From: Chlorobiota bacterium
GTDB lineage: Bacteria > Bacteroidota > Bacteroidia > JAADEI01
NCBI GenBank assembly: GCA_013153515.1
Contig: JAADEI010000110.1
Coordinates: 13-64,012 of the forward strand
DNA: 64,000 nucleotides
Direction of reading: 5' to 3'
In this document: piece after piece, positions 28,123 through 38,200 of the stretch
Numbering within the stretch: position 1 is the stretch's first letter
Layout of the letters: each line of letters opens with the position of its first letter
Program-made: the position numbers and the translations under genes
The notes under the pieces: generated by a model
The model's input: the letters and a program-made list of their open reading frames with translations, nothing else
What the model was told of the DNA's origin: nothing
Database searches by the model: none

Positions 28123-29220
28123 ATGGCTATGCGAAACTTGGAACGGCACTTATCTCACGTTAATTTGGAAGAAATAGGTAAGGAAGGACAGGCAAGAATA
28201 GCCAATAGTTCCGTGGTAGTTGTGGGAGCGGGAGGCTTGGCTTCCGGCACCTTGCCTCTTCTCGCTTCTTCCGGATTCGGAAAAATAACTATCATTGACG
28301 GAGACAAAATAGAGCTATCAAATCTAAATAGGCAACCCATTTACTCAGAAGAAGACATAGGCAAACCTAAAGCCATAGTGGCAACAGAAAAAATTAAAGG
28401 TATAAATCGGGAAACAGAAGTAGTCGCTTGCCCTGAATTCATCTCGCCTGAAAACATAGATAAGCTTATAGGAAAGCCAGATATAATCATAGATTGCTCG
28501 GACAACGCGGGAACACACTATCTCCTATCTGATTATGGCTATGTTATGGATGTTCCAGTTGTGTTTGGTGCTGCCGAACAATTCACGGGACAGGTCGCAG
28601 TGTTTAATGGAAAAAATAAGGTCACCTATAGAGACATTTTCCCTGAACCCGATTTCTCTCATGCTTCTTGCTCTGAGATAGGCGTTTTATCCACCCTGCC
28701 AGCACTGATTGGAACCCTTCAGGCTTCAGAAGCCATTAAATATATCACAGACTTGGAAGGGCTGGATGGTAAATTGCTTATTATTGACCTTAAAAATAAC
28801 GTTTGGGAAACAATATCCATTCAGTCAACAGCCAGCAAAAAACAACCCAAAACACTTACTGAAATAAAACAATTGGACTACAAAATTCCATGCGTAATGT
28901 TTGGATTTTTTAAAAAACCTTATGAGATAGGCTTGGGAGAAGCTAAACAGTGGCTCAAAAGGGACGACGTGGTTTGGATTGATGTCCGGGGAAATGCAAT
29001 GCTACGTGCCGAAGCAGTCCCACACAAAATAATTCCTGCAGCAGAATTTGAACAACGAATTAACGAAATCCCCAAAGATAAAACAGTGGTCCTGTTTTGC
29101 AACACGGGAAACACAAGCGGCACATTAACACAACTCCTCAGACAAATGGGCTATGACAACGTCTTTAGCCTCAAAGCCAACATCTCTGATTTTGCCAGAA
29201 TGGCAGAGGAACAGCTTTGA
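28123..29220 (+). CDS. ThiF/MoeB-family adenylyltransferase fused to a rhodanese domain
   Basis: VVVVGAGGLASG...DGDKIELSNLNRQ (E1-like fold). C-terminal rhodanese-like domain with a Cys (LFCNTGNTS). Confidence 0.85.
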   Translation: MAMRNLERHLSHVNLEEIGKEGQARIANSSVVVVGAGGLASGTLPLLASSGFGKITIIDGDKIELSNLNRQPIYSEEDIGKPKAIVATEKIKGINRETEVVACPEFISPENIDKLIGKPDIIIDCSDNAGTHYLLSDYGYVMDVPVVFGAAEQFTGQVAVFNGKNKVTYRDIFPEPDFSHASCSEIGVLSTLPALIGTLQASEAIKYITDLEGLDGKLLIIDLKNNVWETISIQSTASKKQPKTLTEIKQLDYKIPCVMFGFFKKPYEIGLGEAKQWLKRDDVVWIDVRGNAMLRAEAVPHKIIPAAEFEQRINEIPKDKTVVLFCNTGNTSGTLTQLLRQMGYDNVFSLKANISDFARMAEEQL

Positions 29221-29262
29221 ATGTGTTGCCAACTGAGTTCAAAATTCGTATATTAGTAGTAG

Positions 29263-30591
29263 GTGAATCATAACGTGAACCTGTATCAAAATGCAGGAGC
29301 GATGAGGCAAATCGTTAAGAAAACGTTTGCGGTAAGTTTTTTACTCTTTTTAGTTTTCATTGTTTTCATTTGGGGACAGAGAGTTTTTGCTCAATGCAGT
29401 CTCCTCCCCATAGCTCCGCCAACATGCCCTTGTTCAACAACCACAATAGGCGACAATCAGTCGCTTAACCTTCCTGGAATATATTGCTATCAAGGCGGTG
29501 AAGCAGATGGAACAATCCAGTGGTTGCAAATCAATAATCCCGATGCAGTGGTTATTATTTGTGCAGATGTGGACTTAGATAGGGTGTTTATTAACTCCGG
29601 ATGGATAGTTGTCGGGCCGGGAGTCACTGTGAATTACTCTAACCCATGGTCATCTGGGATAAATAATGGTGGAATAGTCAACTATGGAACCCTTAATCTC
29701 GGAAGCGTATTCTCGCTTAACCCAAGTGCCTATATCTTTAACTATGGGACACTGTCTGGGATTTCCCTCACTGCCACAAGAAACTCACAGATCATTATGG
29801 GTCCCGGTTCCTCCCTGTCCTTGAGCGACAAACTCTCCGTTCAAACCAATTGTGGTGTCTGTTTTGATGGAGCAGCACAGGTGTCAACAAATAATGTAGA
29901 GATTACGGGTGGGCTAAGCTCCGCATTATGCAATAGTACTAATGACCCTGCTTGCTTCTCAATCACTTCAACCTCTCCAAGCATTATCCTCAATAGCCCC
30001 ATTATTTCAGATTCATCAATACAAATATGCGTTCCCAATAATACCATAAGAGACATATTGATTAATTCTGGTTATGTGGATGCTGCAAACGTTAGCGTGT
30101 GCGATTGCTCGGGGATTTTGCCCAATCCAACAATCTCTTTATCCTTACAAGAATTGGAAAACCACGTATATCTTAGATGGTCCTTTAACTTGCCCGAAGA
30201 AGTAGCGTTCTACACTGTCTGGCTATCTGCGGATGGTGCAAACTATAAGTTGCTTGACACTGTTCGTAATACAGAAATGTATACTGTCAAACCTCAAAAT
30301 AAAACGACTTACTTTGTCTCTGCAACGTGGACAGGGCAAACCATTAAATCCAATTACGTTGTTTACACACCAGAAAACAAGCCGTCAGTTTATTTCTTCA
30401 ATGACTTGCAAGTTGTGGAATGCTTGGAACCAGTCTGTGAAGTAACCTTAGTCGACCTTACCGGGCAAATCATCGGTAAATATAACATCCCCTATGGCAT
30501 CCATCCATACAAATCCATCTGGAAACATATTCCCTCAGGACAATATATGGTTATAATTCAAAACAAAAGGATGCTCGTTAACGTGAAGTGA
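29263..30591 (+). CDS. hypothetical secreted protein with Fn3-like module and T9SS C-terminal domain
   Basis: Signal peptide. Cys-containing N-terminal region. C-terminal roughly 75 aa match the T9SS sorting-domain pattern. Confidence 0.6.
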   Translation: MNHNVNLYQNAGAMRQIVKKTFAVSFLLFLVFIVFIWGQRVFAQCSLLPIAPPTCPCSTTTIGDNQSLNLPGIYCYQGGEADGTIQWLQINNPDAVVIICADVDLDRVFINSGWIVVGPGVTVNYSNPWSSGINNGGIVNYGTLNLGSVFSLNPSAYIFNYGTLSGISLTATRNSQIIMGPGSSLSLSDKLSVQTNCGVCFDGAAQVSTNNVEITGGLSSALCNSTNDPACFSITSTSPSIILNSPIISDSSIQICVPNNTIRDILINSGYVDAANVSVCDCSGILPNPTISLSLQELENHVYLRWSFNLPEEVAFYTVWLSADGANYKLLDTVRNTEMYTVKPQNKTTYFVSATWTGQTIKSNYVVYTPENKPSVYFFNDLQVVECLEPVCEVTLVDLTGQIIGKYNIPYGIHPYKSIWKHIPSGQYMVIIQNKRMLVNVK

Positions 30592-30697
30592 AATTTTATC
30601 GGGCTGACAACGATTGCATAGGAATAATGTTAGTCAACTACATTTGTAGTGTTTTCAATGTTTGGCTGTCCCTCACTGTGGTTTCTTTAGAGTACGA

Positions 30698-30888
30698 TAG
30701 GTCACGAAGTTTTTAAGAGTTAAAACAGAATAACACAGAGTTTTTATTGAATTTTTAGTTCTCTTTAACACTCTGTGTCCTTTGAGCCTCACCCTGTGTC
30801 CATTGTGGTTTCCAAAAGAACTCTGTGTCCATTGTGTCATACTCTGTGTCCTCCGCGATTTTCAAAAAGACTTCGTGCGTTCACTGTG
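30698..30888. repeat. intergenic repeat element copy 1 (TIR-flanked, ctctgtgtcc units)
   Basis: Terminal inverted repeat ggtCACGAAGT ... ACTTCGTGcgttCACTGTG. Four copies of (a)ctctgtgtcc spaced about 21-25 bp apart. Shares gagttaaaacaga...cacagagttttt with the copy at 40666. Confidence 0.6.
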
Positions 30889-31020
30889 TTTAATAGAATT
30901 TGTGGTTCAAGTAGTTAACATGAAAATTGTCAGTGAATACAAATTTTCAATTCATATAACAAGGGGTGCGACGTAATATAGATGTTGTGGAATAGTTCTT
31001 AATTTTGTGTAAAACAAGCG

Positions 31021-32352
31021 ATGATGAGAAAAGCAATGTTAGGCATTTGGGCTGCAATTTCCTTAACAACACTTGCTCAGGAGAAATACGTGAAACGAAT
31101 CTTTGTGCTTAACGAAGGACATTATGACTACTGGACGGGTCAAACAGTGGTTCCCGTTACCGTGGGATACATAGACATGAACACAAGACAATATGTATCG
31201 TTTGATACCATTTGGGGTGCTCGGTTCGGTGTGGATATGGTTCTGGAAGATTCTTTTCTCTACGTTACAGCCGACACGTTCATTATTAAATATAATGTCA
31301 ACACATTGGAGAGGGTTGCAGAAGCCCATGCCCTCGGCGTCAGGGGGCTTGCCATCAGCGGACAGAGGCTCTTTGTTTCAAGGGGCGAGCTGCCTTCCTT
31401 AGGTTGTTGTAACTCGTACCTGCAAGTCTATGATAAGAACACATTACAGTTCATTGAGGAAGCCGACACGTCAACATCGCCGTTGAAATGGCACAGCGAT
31501 GATGTGCTTGTCCTTGGAGACTCGGTCTATGTAGCGGTGAACAATGGCTTTGTGTGGGGACACTATGTTGGCTACATAGCCGTTTTCCCCGTGTCAAACA
31601 TTAACAATATGCGGTTGATTGACTTGGGTCCAGATGGGATTAATCCAGAAAACCTTATGACAGACGGGCAAAATGTTTATGCTTTCAATAATAAAGATTT
31701 CAGTACCAGCAGTGTGTCAACATATGCCCGTGTTGCGGGAACCGTTAATACCGTTGATTTAGGCTTGCCTTCTGGATGCACAGGGTCTGCCCTCGTAAAT
31801 GAACAAATCTACTTCCAGCCCTATTACGCCGATTCCTCTTGGACAACTCGGGCAACCTTTATGCTCAGAACACCCACTACAAACCTCGGTGTTTTAGATA
31901 CCCTACCACTCAATAAGACGTTCTATGAAATATCTCACGATACACTTAACGAATATCTTTGGTTGACTGAGACAGACTTCCAAAACTGGGGTATTGTGAT
32001 TGCTTATAGAGTTTCTGACTATTCCTTCGTTGATGCCTTTGTTGTGGGAGTTTCACCGGGAGCTCTGGCTTTTGAATATGGCGAAAAAATAACTGTGGGT
32101 GTGGAACAGATAGATAACGACGAAATGGTTAGTATCACTCAACTGGACAACCGAACAGTTATGATTATAAACAATGGAGATGTTCCTATTGAACATATTG
32201 CCATTATGGATGTGGCAGGAAAGGTCATATACAATAATGTTACAGAGGGCAAACGAATCATCGTAAAAAGATTCCCATCGGTAGGAACATACCTTGTTTC
32301 CATTCAATTGTCCGATGGAACTAAACTAACCAAACAAGTATTAATACAGTAA
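31021..32352 (+). CDS. hypothetical secreted protein with T9SS C-terminal domain (443 aa)
   Basis: Signal peptide (AAISLTTLAQE). C-terminal sorting-domain-like roughly 80 aa. Confidence 0.6.
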   Translation: MMRKAMLGIWAAISLTTLAQEKYVKRIFVLNEGHYDYWTGQTVVPVTVGYIDMNTRQYVSFDTIWGARFGVDMVLEDSFLYVTADTFIIKYNVNTLERVAEAHALGVRGLAISGQRLFVSRGELPSLGCCNSYLQVYDKNTLQFIEEADTSTSPLKWHSDDVLVLGDSVYVAVNNGFVWGHYVGYIAVFPVSNINNMRLIDLGPDGINPENLMTDGQNVYAFNNKDFSTSSVSTYARVAGTVNTVDLGLPSGCTGSALVNEQIYFQPYYADSSWTTRATFMLRTPTTNLGVLDTLPLNKTFYEISHDTLNEYLWLTETDFQNWGIVIAYRVSDYSFVDAFVVGVSPGALAFEYGEKITVGVEQIDNDEMVSITQLDNRTVMIINNGDVPIEHIAIMDVAGKVIYNNVTEGKRIIVKRFPSVGTYLVSIQLSDGTKLTKQVLIQ

Positions 32353-32373
32353 GCATAAAAAAAAACAGGAAGT

Positions 32374-33027
32374 TTGGGAAAGAGAAGAAGGAAAGCAAGA
32401 CCGAATTATAAGGATGATATTAAGTTTAAGTATCGGGTTAATGAAGAGATAAGGGTTCCACAGGTGCGTCTCGTCGGAGATAATATCCCTCGTCAAGGGA
32501 TCTATCCCATTGAGGAAGCCCTGAGGATGGCTCGGGAAATGGAATTAGACCTTGTTGAAGTGGCACCTAACGCCGACCCGCCAGTATGCAGGATAATGGA
32601 CTTTAACAAATTCATCTTTGAAAAGAAGAAGAAAGAGAAAGAACAGAAGAAGAAGACGCAGCAGACCGAAGTTAAGGAGATTCGGTTTACGCCCATGACC
32701 GACGACCACGACTTTGAATTTAAACTTCGTTATGCCCGCTCCTTCCTTGAAGATGGCGACAAAGTGAAAGCCTATGTCTTTTTCAAAGGACGCCAGATAG
32801 TTTTTAAGGACAGGGGCGAACAGGTCCTTCAAAGAATGATTGAAGAATTGAAAGACATTGCAACTGTGGAATCACCGCCCAAGATGGAAGGCAGGCGAAT
32901 GATAATGATCTTAGCGCCCATTAAAACAAAGAAAGGCAAAACCAAAAAACAAAGTTTGGAAGAAAAACAAACAGAACAAACGGAACAATCAACACAAACC
33001 ACTGAACAGCAACCATCAGAAAAATAG
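32374..33027 (+). CDS. infC: translation initiation factor IF-3 with K/E-rich C-terminal extension
   Basis: RVNEEIRVPQVRLVGDN...GIYPIEEALRMAREMELDLVEV is the IF-3 N-domain. C-domain follows. Low-complexity tail. Confidence 0.9.
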   Translation: MGKRRRKARPNYKDDIKFKYRVNEEIRVPQVRLVGDNIPRQGIYPIEEALRMAREMELDLVEVAPNADPPVCRIMDFNKFIFEKKKKEKEQKKKTQQTEVKEIRFTPMTDDHDFEFKLRYARSFLEDGDKVKAYVFFKGRQIVFKDRGEQVLQRMIEELKDIATVESPPKMEGRRMIMILAPIKTKKGKTKKQSLEEKQTEQTEQSTQTTEQQPSEK

Positions 33028-33050
33028 TTGAGTCCTAAAATTGAATAGTT

Positions 33051-33383
33051 ATGGGAATGGCAAAGGAAATCACGGATGCAAACTTTGAAGAGGAAATCAT
33101 CAAGTCAGGGAAACCAGCACTAATTGACTTCTGGGCAGTGTGGTGTGGACCATGCAGAATGATTGAACCAGTCGTTGAAGAATTGGCAGAGAAATACAAG
33201 GGCAAAGCCGTAGTTGGGAAAATGAATGTTGATGAGAACTACAATGTTCCTGTACAGTATGGAATCAGGGCTATCCCTACAATCCTTTTCTTTAAAAATG
33301 GAGAAGTTGTTGATCGGGTCGTTGGGGTAGTCCCCGGAGCAGTCCTTGAAGAGAAACTGAGGAAACTCATTGAAGAGAATTAA
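33051..33383 (+). CDS. trxA: thioredoxin
   Basis: WAVWCGPCR active site, 110 aa. Confidence 0.92.
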   Translation: MGMAKEITDANFEEEIIKSGKPALIDFWAVWCGPCRMIEPVVEELAEKYKGKAVVGKMNVDENYNVPVQYGIRAIPTILFFKNGEVVDRVVGVVPGAVLEEKLRKLIEEN

Positions 33384-34309
33384 TGCCACTTCTCACATTA
33401 GAAGACATTAGCCAAATAAAGAATGTTCAGGTAGTTGCCAGAACTATCGTAGCCGGGTTTATTACTGGTCTGCACAGGAGTCCATACCACGGATTCTCTA
33501 TAACTTTTGCGGACCACAGACCCTATGAGCCAGGCGATGACCTCAGGCATCTGGATTGGAAACTACTTGCACGACTAAAAAAGAAATACACTCGGCGATT
33601 TGAGGAGGAAACCAATATGCGGGTCTTGATACTCCTTGATTCAAGCCCATCTATGCTATATCCAACTAATAACAATATGAAATTTAAATTTTCACTGTTT
33701 GGAGCCGCCGCATTAATGTATCTACTCAAATTGCAAAGAGATGCCTTTTCCCTTTATGTAATTGGTCAAGGCACTATGGACAAGCCTTCCATTAAGCCTG
33801 TTCATTATCGCCGAAACATGGGTCTTCTGGAACGATACATTGATGAACCGCCTAACTATGAGAGCGACATAATCACTGCCCTTGAAAAAGCCGCTTATTT
33901 TATGCCCAAACGTTCGCTAATTGTATTGTTTTCAGATATGCTTGATAAAAGACTATATGAGAATGACCAAGATTTTGTTGACAGACTGCAATCTGTACTG
34001 AAATTTCATCGTAGCAGACTTAATGATGTGCTCATATTTCACGTTTTTGATTCCCTCACAGAAAGAGGCTTAAAAGTTAGCAACACAAGTTGGGTCAAGT
34101 TGAAAGACGTTGAGATGCCCTCTCTTCAAGAAGAAGTTTCCATTAAAGAAATAGCCAGCGAATATACTAAGGCATTTGACAAATGGCAAAAAATAGTTGA
34201 GGAATCGTGTTTGCAAGGCGGGGGGGACTACGCCCTGGTGGATATACGGGAACCTTTCGCTGCCATATTGCTTAAATTCCTTGCCAGACGCGCTAAAATG
34301 GTGTCATGA
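33383..34309 (+). CDS. DUF58 domain protein (MoxR-associated, vWA-like)
   Basis: HGFSITFADHRPYEPGDDLRHLDWK is the DUF58 signature. Confidence 0.8.
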   Translation: MPLLTLEDISQIKNVQVVARTIVAGFITGLHRSPYHGFSITFADHRPYEPGDDLRHLDWKLLARLKKKYTRRFEEETNMRVLILLDSSPSMLYPTNNNMKFKFSLFGAAALMYLLKLQRDAFSLYVIGQGTMDKPSIKPVHYRRNMGLLERYIDEPPNYESDIITALEKAAYFMPKRSLIVLFSDMLDKRLYENDQDFVDRLQSVLKFHRSRLNDVLIFHVFDSLTERGLKVSNTSWVKLKDVEMPSLQEEVSIKEIASEYTKAFDKWQKIVEESCLQGGGDYALVDIREPFAAILLKFLARRAKMVS

Positions 34310-35163
34310 TTGCCTTTGCTCCAGCCAAGATAAATATCGGTTTGTATATAGTGGACAAGAGACCAGACGAATACCACGATATTGTTACATGCATGGTTCC
34401 GGTTCAGTGGTTTGACGTTGTGGAAATTGTAAAAGCAGACCGTCAAAAATCAAAATTTTGTGTATATGGAGACTTCAAGCATGAGGTCCCGCTTGAAAAC
34501 AATACAATTTCTCAAACATTGGAGATTTTAAAAGAGAAGTTTGAAATTGATGATGTTGAGATTCATTTGTTGAAGCAGATTCCATCGGGTTCTGGACTGG
34601 GCAGTGCCTCCTCCGACGCCGCAGCAACAATTAACCTCGTGGACAAATTATTCAATTTAGGACAATCCGTCTCTGAAAAACAATTATTAGCGTCCCGAAT
34701 AGGGTCGGACGTCCCATTCTTTATTGAAGGGAACCCTGCAATTGCTTCCGGCAGAGGAGAAGAATTGGAGCCAGTGGAGTTGCCGTGGTTAAAAGATTAT
34801 TTCGCAATTATTGTTGTTCCAGAAGAAAGGCTTAACACAGCAGAGATGTATAGCAGAATAAACCGTTTTCTTAGCCCGCCAGAGAACTTTAAAGTGCTTT
34901 TAAGACAGGGACCACGGCACTGGAAAAGCCGAATTATCAATCAATTTGAGCCTATAGCAGAATCCATCTATCCGCATTTCGCTCAAATAAAAAAGATATT
35001 ATATAACGCAGGAGCAGAATATGTATCCCTTAGCGGCTCAGGAAGTGCTTATTATGGACTTTTTCATAAATCCGAGAACAGCAAAATAAATTATATTTTA
35101 AATTTGGTCTCAAAATTTATTAAAGTCAGAATAATAAAAGGTATTTCTTTTAACCTGTATTAA
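34306..35163 (+). CDS. ispE: 4-diphosphocytidyl-2-C-methyl-D-erythritol kinase
   Basis: AKINIGLYIV N-terminus, GHMP kinase motif IPSGSGLGSASSDAAA. Confidence 0.85.
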   Translation: MIAFAPAKINIGLYIVDKRPDEYHDIVTCMVPVQWFDVVEIVKADRQKSKFCVYGDFKHEVPLENNTISQTLEILKEKFEIDDVEIHLLKQIPSGSGLGSASSDAAATINLVDKLFNLGQSVSEKQLLASRIGSDVPFFIEGNPAIASGRGEELEPVELPWLKDYFAIIVVPEERLNTAEMYSRINRFLSPPENFKVLLRQGPRHWKSRIINQFEPIAESIYPHFAQIKKILYNAGAEYVSLSGSGSAYYGLFHKSENSKINYILNLVSKFIKVRIIKGISFNLY

Positions 35164-35225
35164 ATTTTTAGTGAAAAGTTGTGAGATAATAAGGGAAAGT
35201 CCGTAACTTTGCAATAAAGGAGGCG

Positions 35226-38200
35226 ATGAGGTTTTATTCAAAATCTTCTGTCATGAGGGGGATGGGCATAGCATTGTTGTTGGCATGGACCACATTGAAC
35301 ATTCAATCTCAAACAGTTTATTTCGCAGAAACATTCACTACAGTTATTCCCGGAACTATCCCACCAGGATGGCAATTGAGGGATGGTGGCATCATTGACT
35401 TGCAACCACCTCTACAACCTGATTCAACGTGGACAATCATTACAGATTTCAACGGCAATAACCTTGGTCAAGGAAAATTCCTTTTTATTCAAGGAAATCC
35501 CACAATAGGGCAAAAAGATACCCTTGAAACGCCCTCAATAACTATATTGCCTGGATCCCTAAGAGGAGACCTTTATTTAGGAATACTTACTTTTTACAAT
35601 TACAACCAAGATGACACGGGCTATGTGCAGGTGTGGGATGCCAACTCATCTTCATGGGTAACCACTAGAATCTATACTGGTTCATCATTTGGGTCATGGG
35701 CAAATCCTCTCTGGGATACAATCAACATAACTCAATATGCAAGCACACAATTAAAAGTTAGATTCATCTGGCATGAACAAGGGAATTTATTTTGGGCAAT
35801 TGACTCAGTGATAGTATTCTCTGTTTGTGCACCTGTTACGACAGTCTATGCTTCGTGGATTTCTGTCGGAGATGTTGTGGTTTCCTATTCGCCTTCTTCT
35901 TATGATTCAGTCAAGGTAGAATATGGACATTCTGGATTTTCACTTGGCACAGGAACAGTGGTAACTTTTGTTCCCGGGATTTCGCCAGATACTATTACTG
36001 GCTTAAACCCAAGCAATGATTATGACTTTTATGTTTGGGGCTACTGTGGTTCCGATGCTTCCATTGATACTGCTTTTACTTCTCTCTGTGCTTTGGCTTC
36101 ACTGCCCTATTCCGAAACATTTAATAATGCTACCAATTTTAATAGGTGTTGGGATGTTGATGGTGTGGCATACATAGACAATGCGACGGCAACCTGCGGT
36201 AGCGTTTCGGGCAGTTTTCTTACTCTGTGGGGTGATGCACAGACCTATGTGGAAAGCCCTTCAATTGATGTGGGTACTACAGGAGGATTTGTAATATCCT
36301 ACTATTACAGAGGAGGAAATGGGTCCTGTGGCGACAGACCCGAAGCAGGAGACAAAATAGCAATCCAATACTGGGACGGCTCAACATGGCAAGACATAGT
36401 GGTTTATGATGGAGCTGATGCACCCATCCAATGGGCAAGGCAAGAATTGGCGGTATGCCTGCCGGCCGGAGTATCTATAACAAGAATCCGTATAAAAGTT
36501 CTTAGTGGGGGTGGGCCAACGCTTGATTCTTGGCATTTTGATAATTTAAATTTAACCCCTTTGCCAGCCCAACCAGAAGTCAATATAATTGACATAGAAC
36601 GAATAGCAAATACTAATTGCGGGGTTGGGACAAATGATACAATCAAAGTTTCAATTGTTAACTTCTCTCAGGAGCCTGTTGACACCCTGGTTATTGGATA
36701 TAGAGTCGGCACTACGTATTACATAGATACTATTTCTTATGTTGCTTCGGGTGGGTTTGGTGCTTGCCCGAATGTATCAGCAGTTGGTGTAATAGACTTG
36801 CCATTTAGTATCACGGGCTCTGGGTTATATGAACTTAGAATTTTTGCTCATGATTTGAATAATGACTTAAGTCCGGCAGATACTATATCCTTCTATGTAA
36901 TGGTCGGTGAACGATGGTTGTATGCAGACATCCATACTGGTTCTTATGGGAGTGATGTCTTTTGGAAATTGTATTATTCCCCAACAAACTATCTTGTGGC
37001 AAGCAGTTCGCCCGGCACATATGCTTCAAATTCTACTTATACAGAGGCTTTCTGTGTTATTGATGGTTCCTACAGGTTTGAAGCGTGGGATAGGACTGGC
37101 GACGGATGGACAAATGGCGGATATGATATATACATGCTAACTGTTTGTGGAGATACTGTGTTACTTGCCGACAATGGAGGTCAGAGCCCAGACAATGGGT
37201 CATGTTGCGGTGAAGAAATAGAAGTTTCCGAGACCTTCACAGTGTTCAACCCTGAACTGAATAATCCAGATATTGAGGCAGTAGCACTACTATCTCCCGA
37301 CACTTTCTATCTATGTGGCGAAGCATTGCAAGATTCTATATGGCTTGTTATACGAAACACGACATATTTAATTATTGACACTGTCTACATCGGCTTTAAT
37401 GACGGAATAAACTCCTCAAGTGCAATAATAGACTATGGTTCTGTAGGGGGAATGCAGCCATGTCAAACAGATACAGTATACGTCGGCTATACATATGTCC
37501 CCAATGGCACTGGTACCTTGCAAGTGTGGGCACGAGCTAAAAATGATGCTAGCCCAACAAACGATGTGATAGTAAAACCATATACCATAAGTGACAGATG
37601 GGTCTTTGTGGAAATTAATACAGGTTCCTATGGCAATGAAGTGTTTTGGAAAGTATATCACATGCCCTATAACACATTAGTTGCCTCATCTTCACCTGGA
37701 ACATACACAGACAACAGCATATACGTAGATTCATTCTGTGTTTTTGATGGAGATACATACCGATTTGAAGCGTGGGATTCATATGGTGATGGGTGGAGCG
37801 GCGGTACCTACTCCGTTTATACTGTTGCTTGTGTTAATGATACATTAGTGTTTATTAATAATAATGGGCAGTCGCCTGATAATGGAACCTGTTGTGGACA
37901 GGAAATAGAAGTCTCAGAAACATTCGTGATTAATATGTCAAACGTATCTTTTAGGGAATTCATAGAACCAAATCCATATGCCGCTAATTGTGTAGGCAAA
38001 CCAGTTGAGCTTTCATTTATTCTTGTTAACTTCACCGACGCTATTCAAACAGCAGACGTTAACCTCCTTTTGAGACCCATCAGTGCCCCTGCCCCCAAAG
38101 ATACTACATTATTAGGACTATCCTTAAATGTTTGCCACGATACAATAACTATTAATCTCCATGATGTATTTAATGGGACATATGAAGTAGTCGGAACAGT

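Noticed and set aside
30770-30851. Possible CRISPR array, because of the repeated ctctgtgtcc units
   Set aside because: The units are only 10-11 bp, spacers are irregular (12-25 bp) and partly similar, and a second copy exists as a whole element. This is not CRISPR architecture.
35161-35225. GGAAAGTCCG string resembling the RNase P RNA P4 consensus
   Set aside because: The intergenic spacer is only about 60 bp, far too short for RNase P RNA. The remainder is an SD-containing leader for the downstream gene.
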